Of a stretch of DNA of 64,000 nucleotides, positions 30,580-40,696 are shown piece by piece. The position numbers were made by a program, and so were the translations under genes. The stretch is from the NCBI GenBank assembly GCA_964352625.1, contig CAYGSD010000008.1:61712-125711 (forward strand), written 5' to 3'. Source of the DNA: an uncultured Roseivirgaceae bacterium. GTDB lineage: Bacteria; Bacteroidota; Bacteroidia; Cytophagales; Cyclobacteriaceae. Each line of letters starts with the position of its first letter. Position 1 is the stretch's first letter. The notes under the pieces were generated by a model that saw only the letters and a list, made by a program, of their open reading frames with translations, made no database searches and was not told the origin of the DNA.

Positions 30580-30610
30580 AAAAAGGCAGCCAATGGCTGC
30601 CTTTTTTATT
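30580..30610 (+). terminator. Rho-independent terminator.
   Basis: ggcagccaatggctgcc is a perfect 7-bp stem, followed by a T7 run. Confidence 0.65.
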
Positions 30611-30685
30611 TACTGGGAATTTTGTTGAGAAACCTACCTATGAAACCCCGAAATATTTATAATTTCCAGACCTAAACCACTGTAT

Positions 30686-31273
30686 ATGTCATTCAGCCTT
30701 TCGGATTGGTGGGATTCATTGTCCACCATCCAGCAGATATATTGGGGAATTGCGATTCCATCTACTTTGATTTTCTTAATGCAGACCATCCTTACATTCG
30801 TCGGGGGCGACATGGATGCGGATATGGATCATGATGTAAGTGTTGAAACTGATCATGGAATTGGTTTCCAGTTTTTCACCTTCAAAAACTTCATCGCCTT
30901 TTTTACCATTTTCTCTTGGACGGGGATAGCATGTGTCAATTCTGGTTGGTCAACTGGGTTGACGATAATAGCATCTGTACTCGCGGGGTTGGCAATGATG
31001 GTCGTCATGGCGAGTATTTTTTACTACTTCAGTAAGCTTACCGATAGCGGAACCATGAAAATGAAAAATGCCATCGGACAAATCGGTGAGGTATACCTGA
31101 CCGTTGGTGCCAAGCGAGCAAACATTGGAAAGGTATCGGTGAAAGTGCAAGGTGCCTTACGCGAACTTGACGCTCTCACTGATGACAAGGAAGACCTCAC
31201 GATGGGCATGGTGGTGGAGGTAATCGACATAATTAATGACAATTTGTTACTCATTTCAAAATCCAAAAAATAA
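30686..31273 (+). CDS. NfeD-like membrane protein (flotillin-associated).
   Basis: There are N-terminal TM helices and a C-terminal OB-fold-like region. It sits 4 nt upstream of the flotillin gene. Confidence 0.65.
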   Translation: MSFSLSDWWDSLSTIQQIYWGIAIPSTLIFLMQTILTFVGGDMDADMDHDVSVETDHGIGFQFFTFKNFIAFFTIFSWTGIACVNSGWSTGLTIIASVLAGLAMMVVMASIFYYFSKLTDSGTMKMKNAIGQIGEVYLTVGAKRANIGKVSVKVQGALRELDALTDDKEDLTMGMVVEVIDIINDNLLLISKSKK

Positions 31274-31276
31274 ATC

Positions 31277-32725
31277 ATGGAAGGATTTCTCATAATTCTC
31301 GGCATAGCGGCCGTCTTTATTTTTGTCCTATTGATAGGACTATTTCAGCGGTACAAGAGATGTCCGTCTGATCGAATTCTGGTGATTTATGGTAAAGTCG
31401 GGAAAGGTGCCGATGATATGGGTCGTTCAGCCCGATGTATCCACGGGGGAGCGGCTTTCATTTGGCCTATCATTCAGGATTATGCTTTCTTGGATCTTAC
31501 ACCAATTTCCATTGAGGTAGGCTTGACTAATGCACTGAGTCGTCAAAATATCCGAGTCGATGTTCCTTCTAGATTCACAGTAGGTATCTCCACGGAAGAA
31601 GGCATAATGACCAATGCTGCCGAACGTCTTTTGGGACAGTCACAAGACAGCATCCATGACCTTGCAAAAGATATCATTTTTGGCCAGCTGCGTTTGGTAG
31701 TGGCTACCATGGATATTGAAGAAATCAATAACAACAGAGACAAATTTTTAGCGAATGTCGCTTCTAATGTGGAAGCAGAATTGAAGAAAATTGGATTGAA
31801 ACTCATCAACGTGAACGTAACGGATATTAAGGATGAGTCTGGATATATCGAGGCGTTAGGTAAAGAAGCGGCAGCAAAGGCCATCAACGATGCAAGAAAA
31901 AGTGTGGCAGAAATGGACAGAGATGGATCGATCGGTGAAGCCAATGCACATCAAGATCAAAGAGTAAAAGTTGCGTCTGCAAACGCCATGGCGGTAGAGG
32001 GCGAGAATAAGGCTAAGGTAACTATTGCCATGTCGGATGCGGCGAGACGTGAGAAGGAAGCAGAAGCACAAAAAATTGCAACAGCGGCAGAGAAAGTCCA
32101 ATCGGCGAAAGCCCTTGAGGAAGCGTATGCGGCGGAACAAGAAGCGGAAAATGCAAGAGCTTCTCGTGACCAAGCTTCACAGACGGCAGACATTGTGATC
32201 CCAGCGCGTATTGATAAAGAGAAAGTAGAGATTGCGGCAGAAGCGGAAGCAGAAATGACGAGAAGAAAAGCAAAGGGAGAAGCAGATGCAATTCTCTTTA
32301 AGAAGCAAGCCGAAGCAAAAGGTATTTATGAAGTGTTGACCAAACGTGCAGATGGATTCAAGCAGCTTGTATCCGCAGCTGGAGAAAATTCAAGAGATGC
32401 TGTATTATTGATAATTGCAGATAAGATGGACGAGCTCATTCGTCTGCAGACGGAGGCCATCAAGAATATTAAGATCGATAAAGTGACCGTTTGGGATGGA
32501 GGCAATGGTGCCAATGACAAAACCTCAACGGCTAACTTCATCTCAGGGCTATATAAGTCTGTGCCACCTCTTCAAGAAATGTTCAACATGGCTGGAATGG
32601 AATTGCCAGATTATTTGAAGGGTAAGACAGCCGAGGAGATCAAAGCGGAGGCCAAGGTAATTCAGCAAAAATCCGACAAGCCAAAATCCAAGTCCGAGCC
32701 AAAACCTGAGGATAAAAAAGAGTAA
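31277..32725 (+). CDS. Flotillin / SPFH (band 7) family protein.
   Basis: There is an N-terminal TM helix and an SPFH domain, followed by a long Ala/Glu/Lys coiled coil (EA repeats). The size is 482 aa. Confidence 0.85.
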   Translation: MEGFLIILGIAAVFIFVLLIGLFQRYKRCPSDRILVIYGKVGKGADDMGRSARCIHGGAAFIWPIIQDYAFLDLTPISIEVGLTNALSRQNIRVDVPSRFTVGISTEEGIMTNAAERLLGQSQDSIHDLAKDIIFGQLRLVVATMDIEEINNNRDKFLANVASNVEAELKKIGLKLINVNVTDIKDESGYIEALGKEAAAKAINDARKSVAEMDRDGSIGEANAHQDQRVKVASANAMAVEGENKAKVTIAMSDAARREKEAEAQKIATAAEKVQSAKALEEAYAAEQEAENARASRDQASQTADIVIPARIDKEKVEIAAEAEAEMTRRKAKGEADAILFKKQAEAKGIYEVLTKRADGFKQLVSAAGENSRDAVLLIIADKMDELIRLQTEAIKNIKIDKVTVWDGGNGANDKTSTANFISGLYKSVPPLQEMFNMAGMELPDYLKGKTAEEIKAEAKVIQQKSDKPKSKSEPKPEDKKE

Positions 32726-32734
32726 ATGGGTATT

Positions 32735-32797
32735 TAGGGATTAGGACTTAGGATGTAGAAATCAATTCCTAATTCCTAATTCCTAATTCTTATTCCT
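32735..32797. repeat. Heptamer tandem repeat (aattcct)x3–4 paired with an upstream imperfect inverted copy, giving a ~20-bp stem-loop.
   Basis: The left arm tagggattaggacttaggat (32735–32754) pairs 17 of 20 with the right arm ttcctaattcctaattccta (32766–32785). It lies between convergent stops at 32725 and 32790. Confidence 0.5.
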
Positions 32798-34115
32798 CCA
32801 CCCTCTCGCCTCCTCTAAACTTAGAGCTGAAATCAAATTTGCGGATAATCAACCTAGTGCCTTTGTCGTAGGTGAAGTAGCTCCAAATCCAATTGTTAAT
32901 AGTGATCAGGCGATTTCTAAAACCGATCAAGTAAAGGATATGAATAAGCATCCAAATCACCCAGGCAAAGAAGCCATTAAAATGTAAGCCCCCCGGCAAA
33001 TCCACCACTGCCCGATTGCGACCAATAGTTGCCATGGTGCCCTTGTCAAGGTATTTGAACCTGACCTGTTTCTCGCCTCTCAACTTTCGTGAAATATTCT
33101 TTCCTAAATGTTGCCCTTGCTGTATGGCCACCGGCGCAAGCATCGGGTGCCCTTTTGGATTTTCCTCAGTGGGCATCCACGCCACATCCCCAATCGCAAA
33201 TACATCCGGCACACCTTTTACCTCATTGAATTCATCTACTTCTATACGATCCCTCACCACCACTGTCTCTGGCACTCCGGCTAATATTCTTCCCTTCACC
33301 CCGGCCGCCCAAATGACGGTATCAGTATCTATGAATTCGTCACCTATTTGCACCTTGCCTTTCTCATATCCTCGCACCAGGGTGTTGAGCTTCACATCTA
33401 CGCCCATGTTTCGTAGGTAGCGTTGAGCATCTTTGTCTGAGGCGTCCGACATGCCATTCAACAATCGACCAGAACCTTCTAGAAGAAAAATATTCATTCG
33501 GCTAAAGTCCAGGTCAGGAAAATCCTTTGGCAACACATGACTCCTGAGCTCGGCAATAGAGCCCGCCATCTCTACTCCGGTGGGTCCACCACCTACAATT
33601 ACCACATTCATCATTCGATCAAGAATCTCATCTTCTTCCACCAATTCCGCCTGCTCGAAAGTCTGGAGCAGATGACTTCTCACATCCAAAGAATGCACCA
33701 CGCGTTTTAGCGGAAGCACCCGATCCCTGAAATTTTCCTGTCCGAAATAATTGGTGACTGAGCCATTGGCTATCACTAAATAATCATAAGCCAACCTTCC
33801 AACCTTGGTTATTACCTCTTTGGACTCTATTTCCAGTCCAGTCACCTTCACCATTCGAAACACAAAATTTTTATGGTCTTTGAAGGTTTTTCTTAACGGC
33901 CCAGCAATGGAATCAGGCTCTAGTCCAGCGGTGGCCACTTGATACAGCAGGGGCTGGAATGTGTGGAAATTATTCCGATCCAACATGACAATCTGAACAG
34001 GAGCATTCTTCAACGACTTAGCCAGATTTAGTCCTGCAAAACCTCCGCCGATAATTACCACTCGTGGCAAATTGGAATCAGGAACTAATAATTTAAGGTG
34101 AGATGGGATGGGCAT
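32790..34115 (-). CDS. ndh: Type II NADH dehydrogenase (NDH-2) / FAD-dependent pyridine nucleotide-disulfide oxidoreductase.
   Basis: The translation has VVIIGGGFAGL and a second GG motif. The size is 441 aa and there is a C-terminal membrane-anchoring helix. Confidence 0.8.
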   Translation of the reverse strand: MPIPSHLKLLVPDSNLPRVVIIGGGFAGLNLAKSLKNAPVQIVMLDRNNFHTFQPLLYQVATAGLEPDSIAGPLRKTFKDHKNFVFRMVKVTGLEIESKEVITKVGRLAYDYLVIANGSVTNYFGQENFRDRVLPLKRVVHSLDVRSHLLQTFEQAELVEEDEILDRMMNVVIVGGGPTGVEMAGSIAELRSHVLPKDFPDLDFSRMNIFLLEGSGRLLNGMSDASDKDAQRYLRNMGVDVKLNTLVRGYEKGKVQIGDEFIDTDTVIWAAGVKGRILAGVPETVVVRDRIEVDEFNEVKGVPDVFAIGDVAWMPTEENPKGHPMLAPVAIQQGQHLGKNISRKLRGEKQVRFKYLDKGTMATIGRNRAVVDLPGGLHFNGFFAWVIWMLIHILYLIGFRNRLITINNWIWSYFTYDKGTRLIIRKFDFSSKFRGGERVEE

Positions 34116-34173
34116 TGAGTGTATTGATTAAAGAACTTGGTGCTAAATTAGAAACCAAAATCCTTGATAAAGA

Positions 34174-34545
34174 GTGCCTCTAAACTTTCTTAAAATTTCA
34201 TTCATTTTTTCAGTCCTCTATTTACTTTCATTGGACACGCTAGGACAAGAATTCAAGGGAAATTTCACCAGAGAATATGTGCAGGACGGACAGCTAAAAT
34301 GTGCCCACTACATTGTAAAGGAAGATGGCTATGGCTGCATTACTATGGTCTTGGATGACCATGATAGAGAAAAAGGCGTATCAGTAACCTGCAAGCGCGA
34401 CACCATGGGAAATCGCAAAATCTACATCAACACGTACCACGAACAAAAAGTGATCATATACCCCACTTCCTATGATAAGAATGGAAATATCAGGCAGTTT
34501 GAGATCATGTATGAGAAACGGGATGTAGAGGTCTATACTAAATAG
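34174..34545 (+). CDS. Hypothetical secreted protein.
   Basis: The 123-aa ORF has an N-terminal signal-like segment. No family was recognised. Confidence 0.35.
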   Translation: MPLNFLKISFIFSVLYLLSLDTLGQEFKGNFTREYVQDGQLKCAHYIVKEDGYGCITMVLDDHDREKGVSVTCKRDTMGNRKIYINTYHEQKVIIYPTSYDKNGNIRQFEIMYEKRDVEVYTK

Positions 34546-36009
34546 CTATTTGAAGCTGATCGGGAAAACCGTCATATCGAAATTCCAAGCAAGTGGTAGT
34601 AGGTAATACGTGACAATGGTCACGATGAGTATAGAAATCAAATTCATAAAAATGCCTGCACGCATCATATCCGGTATTCTTAAGTAACCAGAGCCGAACA
34701 CCACTGCGTTAGGAGGAGTGGCAACTGGGAGCATAAAAGCGCATGAAGCAGAAATAGTCACTGATACCATAATCATGTACGGATGCAAGTCGAAGGCCAT
34801 GGCCATAGGCGCCAAAACGGGCAACAACATTGCAGTAGTGGCAAGATTGGAAGTGATCTCTGTGAGAAAATTGACCGCCGCAACCAACACTAGAATTAAC
34901 ACAATTAGGGATAAACCTTGCATTTGCGTGAGTTGAGAGGCAATCCAGCTAGCGAGTCCGGTTTCGCTAAATCCCTTAGCCAAGGCCAAGCCTCCTCCAA
35001 ACAGTAAAATAATATCCCATGGCAGCTTCACACAATCGCTCCAGTCCAACAATTTTTTTCCTCCTGACGCAGGAAGTATAAACAGAAGCACACCACTAAT
35101 CATGGCGATAATAGTGTCGTCAATAGCCGGAATGAATTTTTGAATCAATGATCTTGACACCCACAAAATGGCCGTCCCCACAAATACCCAAAGTACAATT
35201 CTTTCCTCAGGAGAAACCTTTCCGAGTTCCTTTTTCATTGTTCTAATGGCCGAAATGCCACCAGGAAATTCAACCTTCTTCAACTTGAAAGCCCCATTGG
35301 TGAGATACTTCCAGCAGATGAAAAGAAGCAATACAGAAATCGGCAAACCAAACTTCATCCAATCAAGGAAACTGATTCTGACGTTGTAAGTTTCTTCCAG
35401 AATTCCTGCAAGAACCAAATTAGGGGGTGTGCCAATAAGTGTAGAAAAACCTCCAATGGACGCACTATAAGCTATAGCCAGCATCAGCGCTTTTCCCACC
35501 ATTTCAGACTGACCGTTTGCTTCATTTCTACTTTGACGAAACTGAGTCACAACCGCCATCCCTATCGGGAGCATCATCACGGAAGTTGCAGTATTCGATA
35601 TCCACATGGAGAGAAATGCTGTGGCCACCATAAAGCCGAGAATAATCCTGACAAGATTGGAACCAATCAAGGAGATGATGGTAAGTGCGATTCGTCTATG
35701 CAAATCCCATTTTTCAATGGCAATGGCGATCATAAATCCGCCCAGATACAGGAATACATATTTATGCCCAAAAGAGGAGGTAGTCTCTGCAATATCAAGC
35801 GCTCCAAAAAGTGGAAATAAGATGATTGGAAGCAAGGCAGTAACAGCAATCGGTAAAGCCTCAGATATCCACCAAATGGCCACCCAGACTGTCACTGCCA
35901 AAACCTGAAAAGCAGCAGGATTCATACTCTCAGGCGCCCCCAGAATTTGTAGTAAAACAAAGACCAGCGGCCCTAGTACAATCGAAAATATCTTTTTGTT
36001 CAACTTCAT
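34546..36009 (-). CDS. SLC13/DASS family di-/tricarboxylate permease.
   Basis: The 487-aa polytopic protein has duplicated hairpin-loop SNT/TPPN-type motifs (NTATSVM ... TPPNAV). Confidence 0.85.
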   Translation of the reverse strand: MKLNKKIFSIVLGPLVFVLLQILGAPESMNPAAFQVLAVTVWVAIWWISEALPIAVTALLPIILFPLFGALDIAETTSSFGHKYVFLYLGGFMIAIAIEKWDLHRRIALTIISLIGSNLVRIILGFMVATAFLSMWISNTATSVMMLPIGMAVVTQFRQSRNEANGQSEMVGKALMLAIAYSASIGGFSTLIGTPPNLVLAGILEETYNVRISFLDWMKFGLPISVLLLFICWKYLTNGAFKLKKVEFPGGISAIRTMKKELGKVSPEERIVLWVFVGTAILWVSRSLIQKFIPAIDDTIIAMISGVLLFILPASGGKKLLDWSDCVKLPWDIILLFGGGLALAKGFSETGLASWIASQLTQMQGLSLIVLILVLVAAVNFLTEITSNLATTAMLLPVLAPMAMAFDLHPYMIMVSVTISASCAFMLPVATPPNAVVFGSGYLRIPDMMRAGIFMNLISILIVTIVTYYLLPLAWNFDMTVFPISFK

Positions 36010-36782
36010 TCTTTGGCCAGGTCAATTACTGAGTCATCTACCAACATCTGAAAGAAGTCTGCATCCTGCTCAGACAAGAAACATAAATACAGCAACTCTC
36101 CGTCCTCATCATAGGTGCTTAGTCGGTGAGGGATTTCGGCTGTGGATCGGTCTGTGAAGAATTTAAAAAAGGTGAGCCCGATCAAATAGGTGCCATTTGC
36201 GGATGGGTGTTTGTCGTCTTCGTACAACTTCAAATCAGGTCGGAGCTTTCGGGCTTCAGAAAGCAGCGGGCCAGCCGGCACGATCATCGCGCCGGATTCC
36301 TGAGCTAGCTGCTCATAGGCGGGCGTCACTTTGCCCTGAATCAACGGATTCGAAAAGTAGCCCCATGTGATCATAAACACTGGAACGGCTCCCTTCTTCG
36401 TTACCAATTCTGCAAACTTCTTTCCGTATTCATCAAAGCTTTCTGGCGTCTCTAAGGCACTTAGACTGTGGTTGTTAAATACCACATAATCCCATTTTTC
36501 AGCTTCTAAAAGTTCACGAGTCTTTGTTTCGTTTTCTCCTTTCCAGTGCTGCTCTAGGTTGGATCCTCCTACCGTGGACTGCCGAGTTATAAGTTCCACA
36601 CCTTGTGTTTCGGCCATTGCAGAAACCATCTGAGGGAGATTATGAAAGTATATGAAGCTGTTTCCAACGAAAAGAATTCGCTTTGGCTGTACCGAATCTT
36701 GTGCCTCCGCAGCAGTACCTACTAGAGCAAACACCAAGATGAGCAAAGTCTTCGGAAAGATGTTTTTTAACCTACTCGCCAT
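36006..36782 (-). CDS. SGNH/GDSL-like hydrolase family protein.
   Basis: A signal peptide is followed by a GNSF block-I motif. The size is 258 aa. Confidence 0.55.
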   Translation of the reverse strand: MASRLKNIFPKTLLILVFALVGTAAEAQDSVQPKRILFVGNSFIYFHNLPQMVSAMAETQGVELITRQSTVGGSNLEQHWKGENETKTRELLEAEKWDYVVFNNHSLSALETPESFDEYGKKFAELVTKKGAVPVFMITWGYFSNPLIQGKVTPAYEQLAQESGAMIVPAGPLLSEARKLRPDLKLYEDDKHPSANGTYLIGLTFFKFFTDRSTAEIPHRLSTYDEDGELLYLCFLSEQDADFFQMLVDDSVIDLAKE

Positions 36783-37879
36783 TAGTCCAAAAGTTGATTT
36801 AATAGATTTTGAAATTCAGTAGATGTGAACATGGCATTTGCATTGTGACCAGCACCTGCTACAGATACCACCGCATGATCATTGGAGGGGTATTGATCAT
36901 CCATAAAGGCAGCCAAATATTCACCTCGCACATAGCGATTGTCTCCTGAACCCGCCTGCTGGCTTTGTGACTCGCAATCAGTAGTAGCACCGAAAGTATC
37001 GTCCTCTCCAAGCACATAGTACACCTTACGGTTTATGTAATGCCCCCTAATCGTCTCAAGACCTATTTTGCTGATAAATGCATAGCGGCTGTCTTCAGCG
37101 AGTGCATCCAATCCGTATGGATAGTCATTGTAAGTAGAGCAATCCGAAGGAAGGTACGTTGTGGTTCCGTTCCATCTCAGATTGTTAGGATAAACAAAAT
37201 GGGAGGCATTGGCAGCTAAGTATGAAAATGTATAGCTAGGAAAATTACTTTCAACCCTGCTGATGGCAGCATATCGCTGAGCCAACTGTCCACCAGCCGA
37301 ATGCCCCACAATAATGACATTTAACAAATCGGGGAAATTTGGATTGTCCAGAAAGTACTCCGTGAGGAAATAATCTACGATCTGGGACGAACTTAAACTT
37401 GCTCCAGTGGGTGTGGAGGCCTTCCCTCCAGCTCGCCAAACGGCATTTTCCCAATCGAGCACCAGCCCGGTACCCTCATGAAAAAAGTGAGGTGCCAATA
37501 TCAAGGTTGACGAAGAAGCACCGACAGTTCCAACTGCACTTACCAAACTATTGTACTCGGATTTCACCTCATTATCCGTTGCGCCGAGCCCATGAAAACT
37601 GATAATCACATTGGTAATTCCTGAATTTGAAATGGTCACCTCATGAGAAGCGTAGAAATTCAAATTTCCCACATTGTTCTCGGTGGCTGCTGTTGTGAAT
37701 TCGATGGTTTGGGCACTATTCGCATCAAAGGAGCTTATGATATCGGAGCTGCTTATTTCAAGTAGATCATTCGGATCGATGGGAAGCACATTATCTTCCG
37801 GCAGGAGTTCATTGTAATTGCAGCCAGCAATCAGCAGGGCAACTAAAGCACTCAGAAGGAATTTATTACGAGCAGTCAT
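36782..37879 (-). CDS. Alpha/beta-hydrolase lipoprotein.
   Basis: There is a lipoprotein signal (LLIAGC) and a GHSAGG nucleophile elbow. The size is 365 aa. Confidence 0.5.
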   Translation of the reverse strand: MTARNKFLLSALVALLIAGCNYNELLPEDNVLPIDPNDLLEISSSDIISSFDANSAQTIEFTTAATENNVGNLNFYASHEVTISNSGITNVIISFHGLGATDNEVKSEYNSLVSAVGTVGASSSTLILAPHFFHEGTGLVLDWENAVWRAGGKASTPTGASLSSSQIVDYFLTEYFLDNPNFPDLLNVIIVGHSAGGQLAQRYAAISRVESNFPSYTFSYLAANASHFVYPNNLRWNGTTTYLPSDCSTYNDYPYGLDALAEDSRYAFISKIGLETIRGHYINRKVYYVLGEDDTFGATTDCESQSQQAGSGDNRYVRGEYLAAFMDDQYPSNDHAVVSVAGAGHNANAMFTSTEFQNLLNQLLD

Positions 37880-39141
37880 TAGAAAATAATTTGCAACGCT
37901 ACACTGGCTCTGATCTCACCTTTTTCTACCAAAGCTGTATTGTCCAATTCATCGAAAGTCAAGAAATCGGTGTTCATCTGAATTTTCATGGCCTGGCCTT
38001 TCAAGAATTTGGAAACTCCCACGGTAAAGGCTTGCTGAGCCGTGAGAACCGAAAAAGCCTCGTCATCATATTCCGGACTCACCTGAGAATAGCGCACATC
38101 CAAACCCCAGAAATTTTTGGTCACATAGCCTCCCTGCAGGTTCAGACCGGTTCCTAGTACCAGGTATTGTGAGATGTCGCCCTGATAGATGGGCGTTTGG
38201 TTCGTGGCATCCGAATTGGTAAACAAGCCCTCAACTTCACTTCCAAAAGAATTCACATACTCAACTCCCAAATTGAAGCCATTGTACTTGAAAAGTACGT
38301 CTGCATAGATTTTCTGATAATTTGGATAGGCATCTCGGAAAGATCCATCCGGCTGTATCTGGCTGAAGAAAAGGAAATCACCATGCCCCTCGCCTACACT
38401 TTCACTTGCTCCCTGGTTGGAGCTGAAGGATCCTCCCAATGAAATCTTTGGCGTTTTTTCACGTGCCAAATCCGACCCCAGGAAGTCATTGCCCTCCGTG
38501 AAATCTCCCAATGGAAGCAATTCCAGCCTCCCACCGAATTTGGCTCCTCCATAGTCGAACCTATCAGTGGTCCCATTGCCAAAAGAATTGATGCCATCAC
38601 CGGATGTAACCGAAAGGGATGGCTTCACGACCATGTTTCCTATTTCCAACCGACCATCTATGAATACCCCAAACTCTCTGCCCAGTCGTCCAAAATTGGT
38701 AGACACCAAGCTTGGCTCCACAAACTGAAAATAGTTTTGATGGAGGTTTAGCTCCCTGTTATTGGTATTGACCAATTTCTGTCCTGCCGCTATGAAGAGC
38801 TTATCACCTGCCACATCAAAACCAACCCAGGCTTCAAGTAGTGACCACACATTTACATAATCAGCTAAAATGTAGAAAGTCATTTTTTCATTTTTGGCTT
38901 TACCGAGTAATGAAAATTGCGCTCGCTGAAGGTCAAACAAATGCTTGCCTTCTATGATCTCTGAAGTATCTCGGAGGTAGGTATAGGCGGTCTTGATATT
39001 TCCTCCCAAACTGAAATAATAATCACCATCGTTCAAGGATAGATTCACGCCCTTTCCAAGATCAAAATATGTACTATCCTGCGCACTAACGTGCTGCATG
39101 GTCACAACGACCAAGGCTGTTAAAATGAAAATCTTCTTCAT
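37879..39141 (-). CDS. Outer-membrane porin-like beta-barrel protein.
   Basis: There is a signal peptide, and the 420-aa protein ends in ...LQIIF (C-terminal Phe). Confidence 0.5.
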   Translation of the reverse strand: MKKIFILTALVVVTMQHVSAQDSTYFDLGKGVNLSLNDGDYYFSLGGNIKTAYTYLRDTSEIIEGKHLFDLQRAQFSLLGKAKNEKMTFYILADYVNVWSLLEAWVGFDVAGDKLFIAAGQKLVNTNNRELNLHQNYFQFVEPSLVSTNFGRLGREFGVFIDGRLEIGNMVVKPSLSVTSGDGINSFGNGTTDRFDYGGAKFGGRLELLPLGDFTEGNDFLGSDLAREKTPKISLGGSFSSNQGASESVGEGHGDFLFFSQIQPDGSFRDAYPNYQKIYADVLFKYNGFNLGVEYVNSFGSEVEGLFTNSDATNQTPIYQGDISQYLVLGTGLNLQGGYVTKNFWGLDVRYSQVSPEYDDEAFSVLTAQQAFTVGVSKFLKGQAMKIQMNTDFLTFDELDNTALVEKGEIRASVALQIIF

Positions 39142-40694
39142 TTGTTCAATTTTTTGAGGTCTTCTTGCATCAGTCGGTATATTGGCACTTCTTCTCCTTT
39201 CACAGCTTCCACCACTCTCGTTCTCACAAATCCATTGTCATTCTCTGGCTCCAATGCCGTAACTGCCAGGTTTGCATTCTTTTGATCCATCCGCACGACG
39301 AAGGTTCCCTTCTCGAATTTTATGGTCCTCGTCTCCATCACCGTTGAAATAATATTGGGTCTGTACCCTTGAAATTTTTCTGCTGCAACCTGCTGAATAT
39401 CTACTCGATAAATCTGAACAGGTAATGAAATATCCGAAGCGAGCGTGGTGACATCCAGGCCTAAAATTTCTAAGTTTCGCACAGCTTGAGTTTGGTCCGG
39501 AGAAAGTAAGTATGCGCCTGGTCGCTCCCGACTTATAATTATTTCCTTTTGATTGGCTGTTGCTATTTCAAATTTTTGCTCCACCACCTCATTTTCTGCT
39601 ATGTCAATAAACTTGATTGTATGCTCTTCCTTGGCTCTACGGCTATCTGCCACCACCTCTCTTTGCATGGACTCGGTAGAAGCAATCGCCGCTAGAACTC
39701 CTTCCAATACTTCATCATGATGATTGTAGGCCGTTTCCAGAAAAGAGAAAGCTGACGTTTTGGTAATGAGAATGCGACGCTCAAAGGAGTTTCTATTGAG
39801 CCGTATCCCTCTTATTTCCATCAGGACAGAAACAGCATTTCCCAAGGCAAATGAAGTTGCACTCGATCGTGCACTTGACGAACCAAGGTTGAAATAAAGC
39901 TTACCTCTGGTATCCTGTGGTGAGAAATAATCGTGGTGATTGTACCCCAATTCATCAAAAGTCTCCTTGGCCTGCTTCACGAATAAATCATTTGTCAAAG
40001 ACTTAATCTCTGGCTCCACATTCAAATCACCTGAGTACAAAAACATAGCATCGTAAAACGACGTGTAGCCCATGTCTCCAAAATCACGAAAGGTTGCTCT
40101 AAAAGGATTGTATTCATGAAAATCAATAGCTACATGAGGTGCATACTCCGAGTATTTGGCTTTCAGTTGCTGCGTCTCCGCAATTTGAAGTTTGATTAAA
40201 TCTCGGTTGAGGTCAAGTCCGTTTTTAGCACTTCTATTTTGCCGAACGTACCCATCGATATTGACCATCGGCACTACGGCTATTTCGAGTCGATCCAGTA
40301 AGCGAGCATTCGCCGAATTCGTGAGTAGTTCTTGTAGAACAACGAGCAGACCCTCCGAACTAGCGGGTTCATTCCCGTGAATCCCCCCTTGCAGCCAGAC
40401 CCTTACTTTAGGCTGATTGTCTGGCTTGGAGATAAGCACCATCGGGATTTTCTTTCCTCGTTGCGTTTCTCCGATAAAATCTATTGTGGCGTAAGGATTC
40501 TGAGATGTCAGTCTTTCCAAAAATGTGACTAGCTCTTGGTAGGTCGTAAATCCAAATCGACTGTTGAATGCCGGTGTTTCAAATTCAACCTTAGGATCAG
40601 GGAAGAATTTTTTGGTGAGTTTACCAGGCTGTTGCGCCATGGATGCCATCGCCAAGCCAAGGAAATACAAAGAAAGAATTGCTGTTTTCCTCAT
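39138..40694 (-). CDS. M14 family zinc carboxypeptidase.
   Basis: The translation has an HGNE zinc-ligand motif (WLQGGIHGNEPAS). The start is set at MRKTAILSL, following the signal peptide. Confidence 0.75.
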   Translation of the reverse strand: MRKTAILSLYFLGLAMASMAQQPGKLTKKFFPDPKVEFETPAFNSRFGFTTYQELVTFLERLTSQNPYATIDFIGETQRGKKIPMVLISKPDNQPKVRVWLQGGIHGNEPASSEGLLVVLQELLTNSANARLLDRLEIAVVPMVNIDGYVRQNRSAKNGLDLNRDLIKLQIAETQQLKAKYSEYAPHVAIDFHEYNPFRATFRDFGDMGYTSFYDAMFLYSGDLNVEPEIKSLTNDLFVKQAKETFDELGYNHHDYFSPQDTRGKLYFNLGSSSARSSATSFALGNAVSVLMEIRGIRLNRNSFERRILITKTSAFSFLETAYNHHDEVLEGVLAAIASTESMQREVVADSRRAKEEHTIKFIDIAENEVVEQKFEIATANQKEIIISRERPGAYLLSPDQTQAVRNLEILGLDVTTLASDISLPVQIYRVDIQQVAAEKFQGYRPNIISTVMETRTIKFEKGTFVVRMDQKNANLAVTALEPENDNGFVRTRVVEAVKGEEVPIYRLMQEDLKKLNK

Positions 40695-40696
40695 AA

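Noticed and set aside
31543-32541. Several minus-strand ORFs antisense to the flotillin gene.
   Set aside because: The GC-rich Ala/Glu repeat region of flotillin produces open antisense frames. They are Ala/Ser/Cys-rich nonsense.
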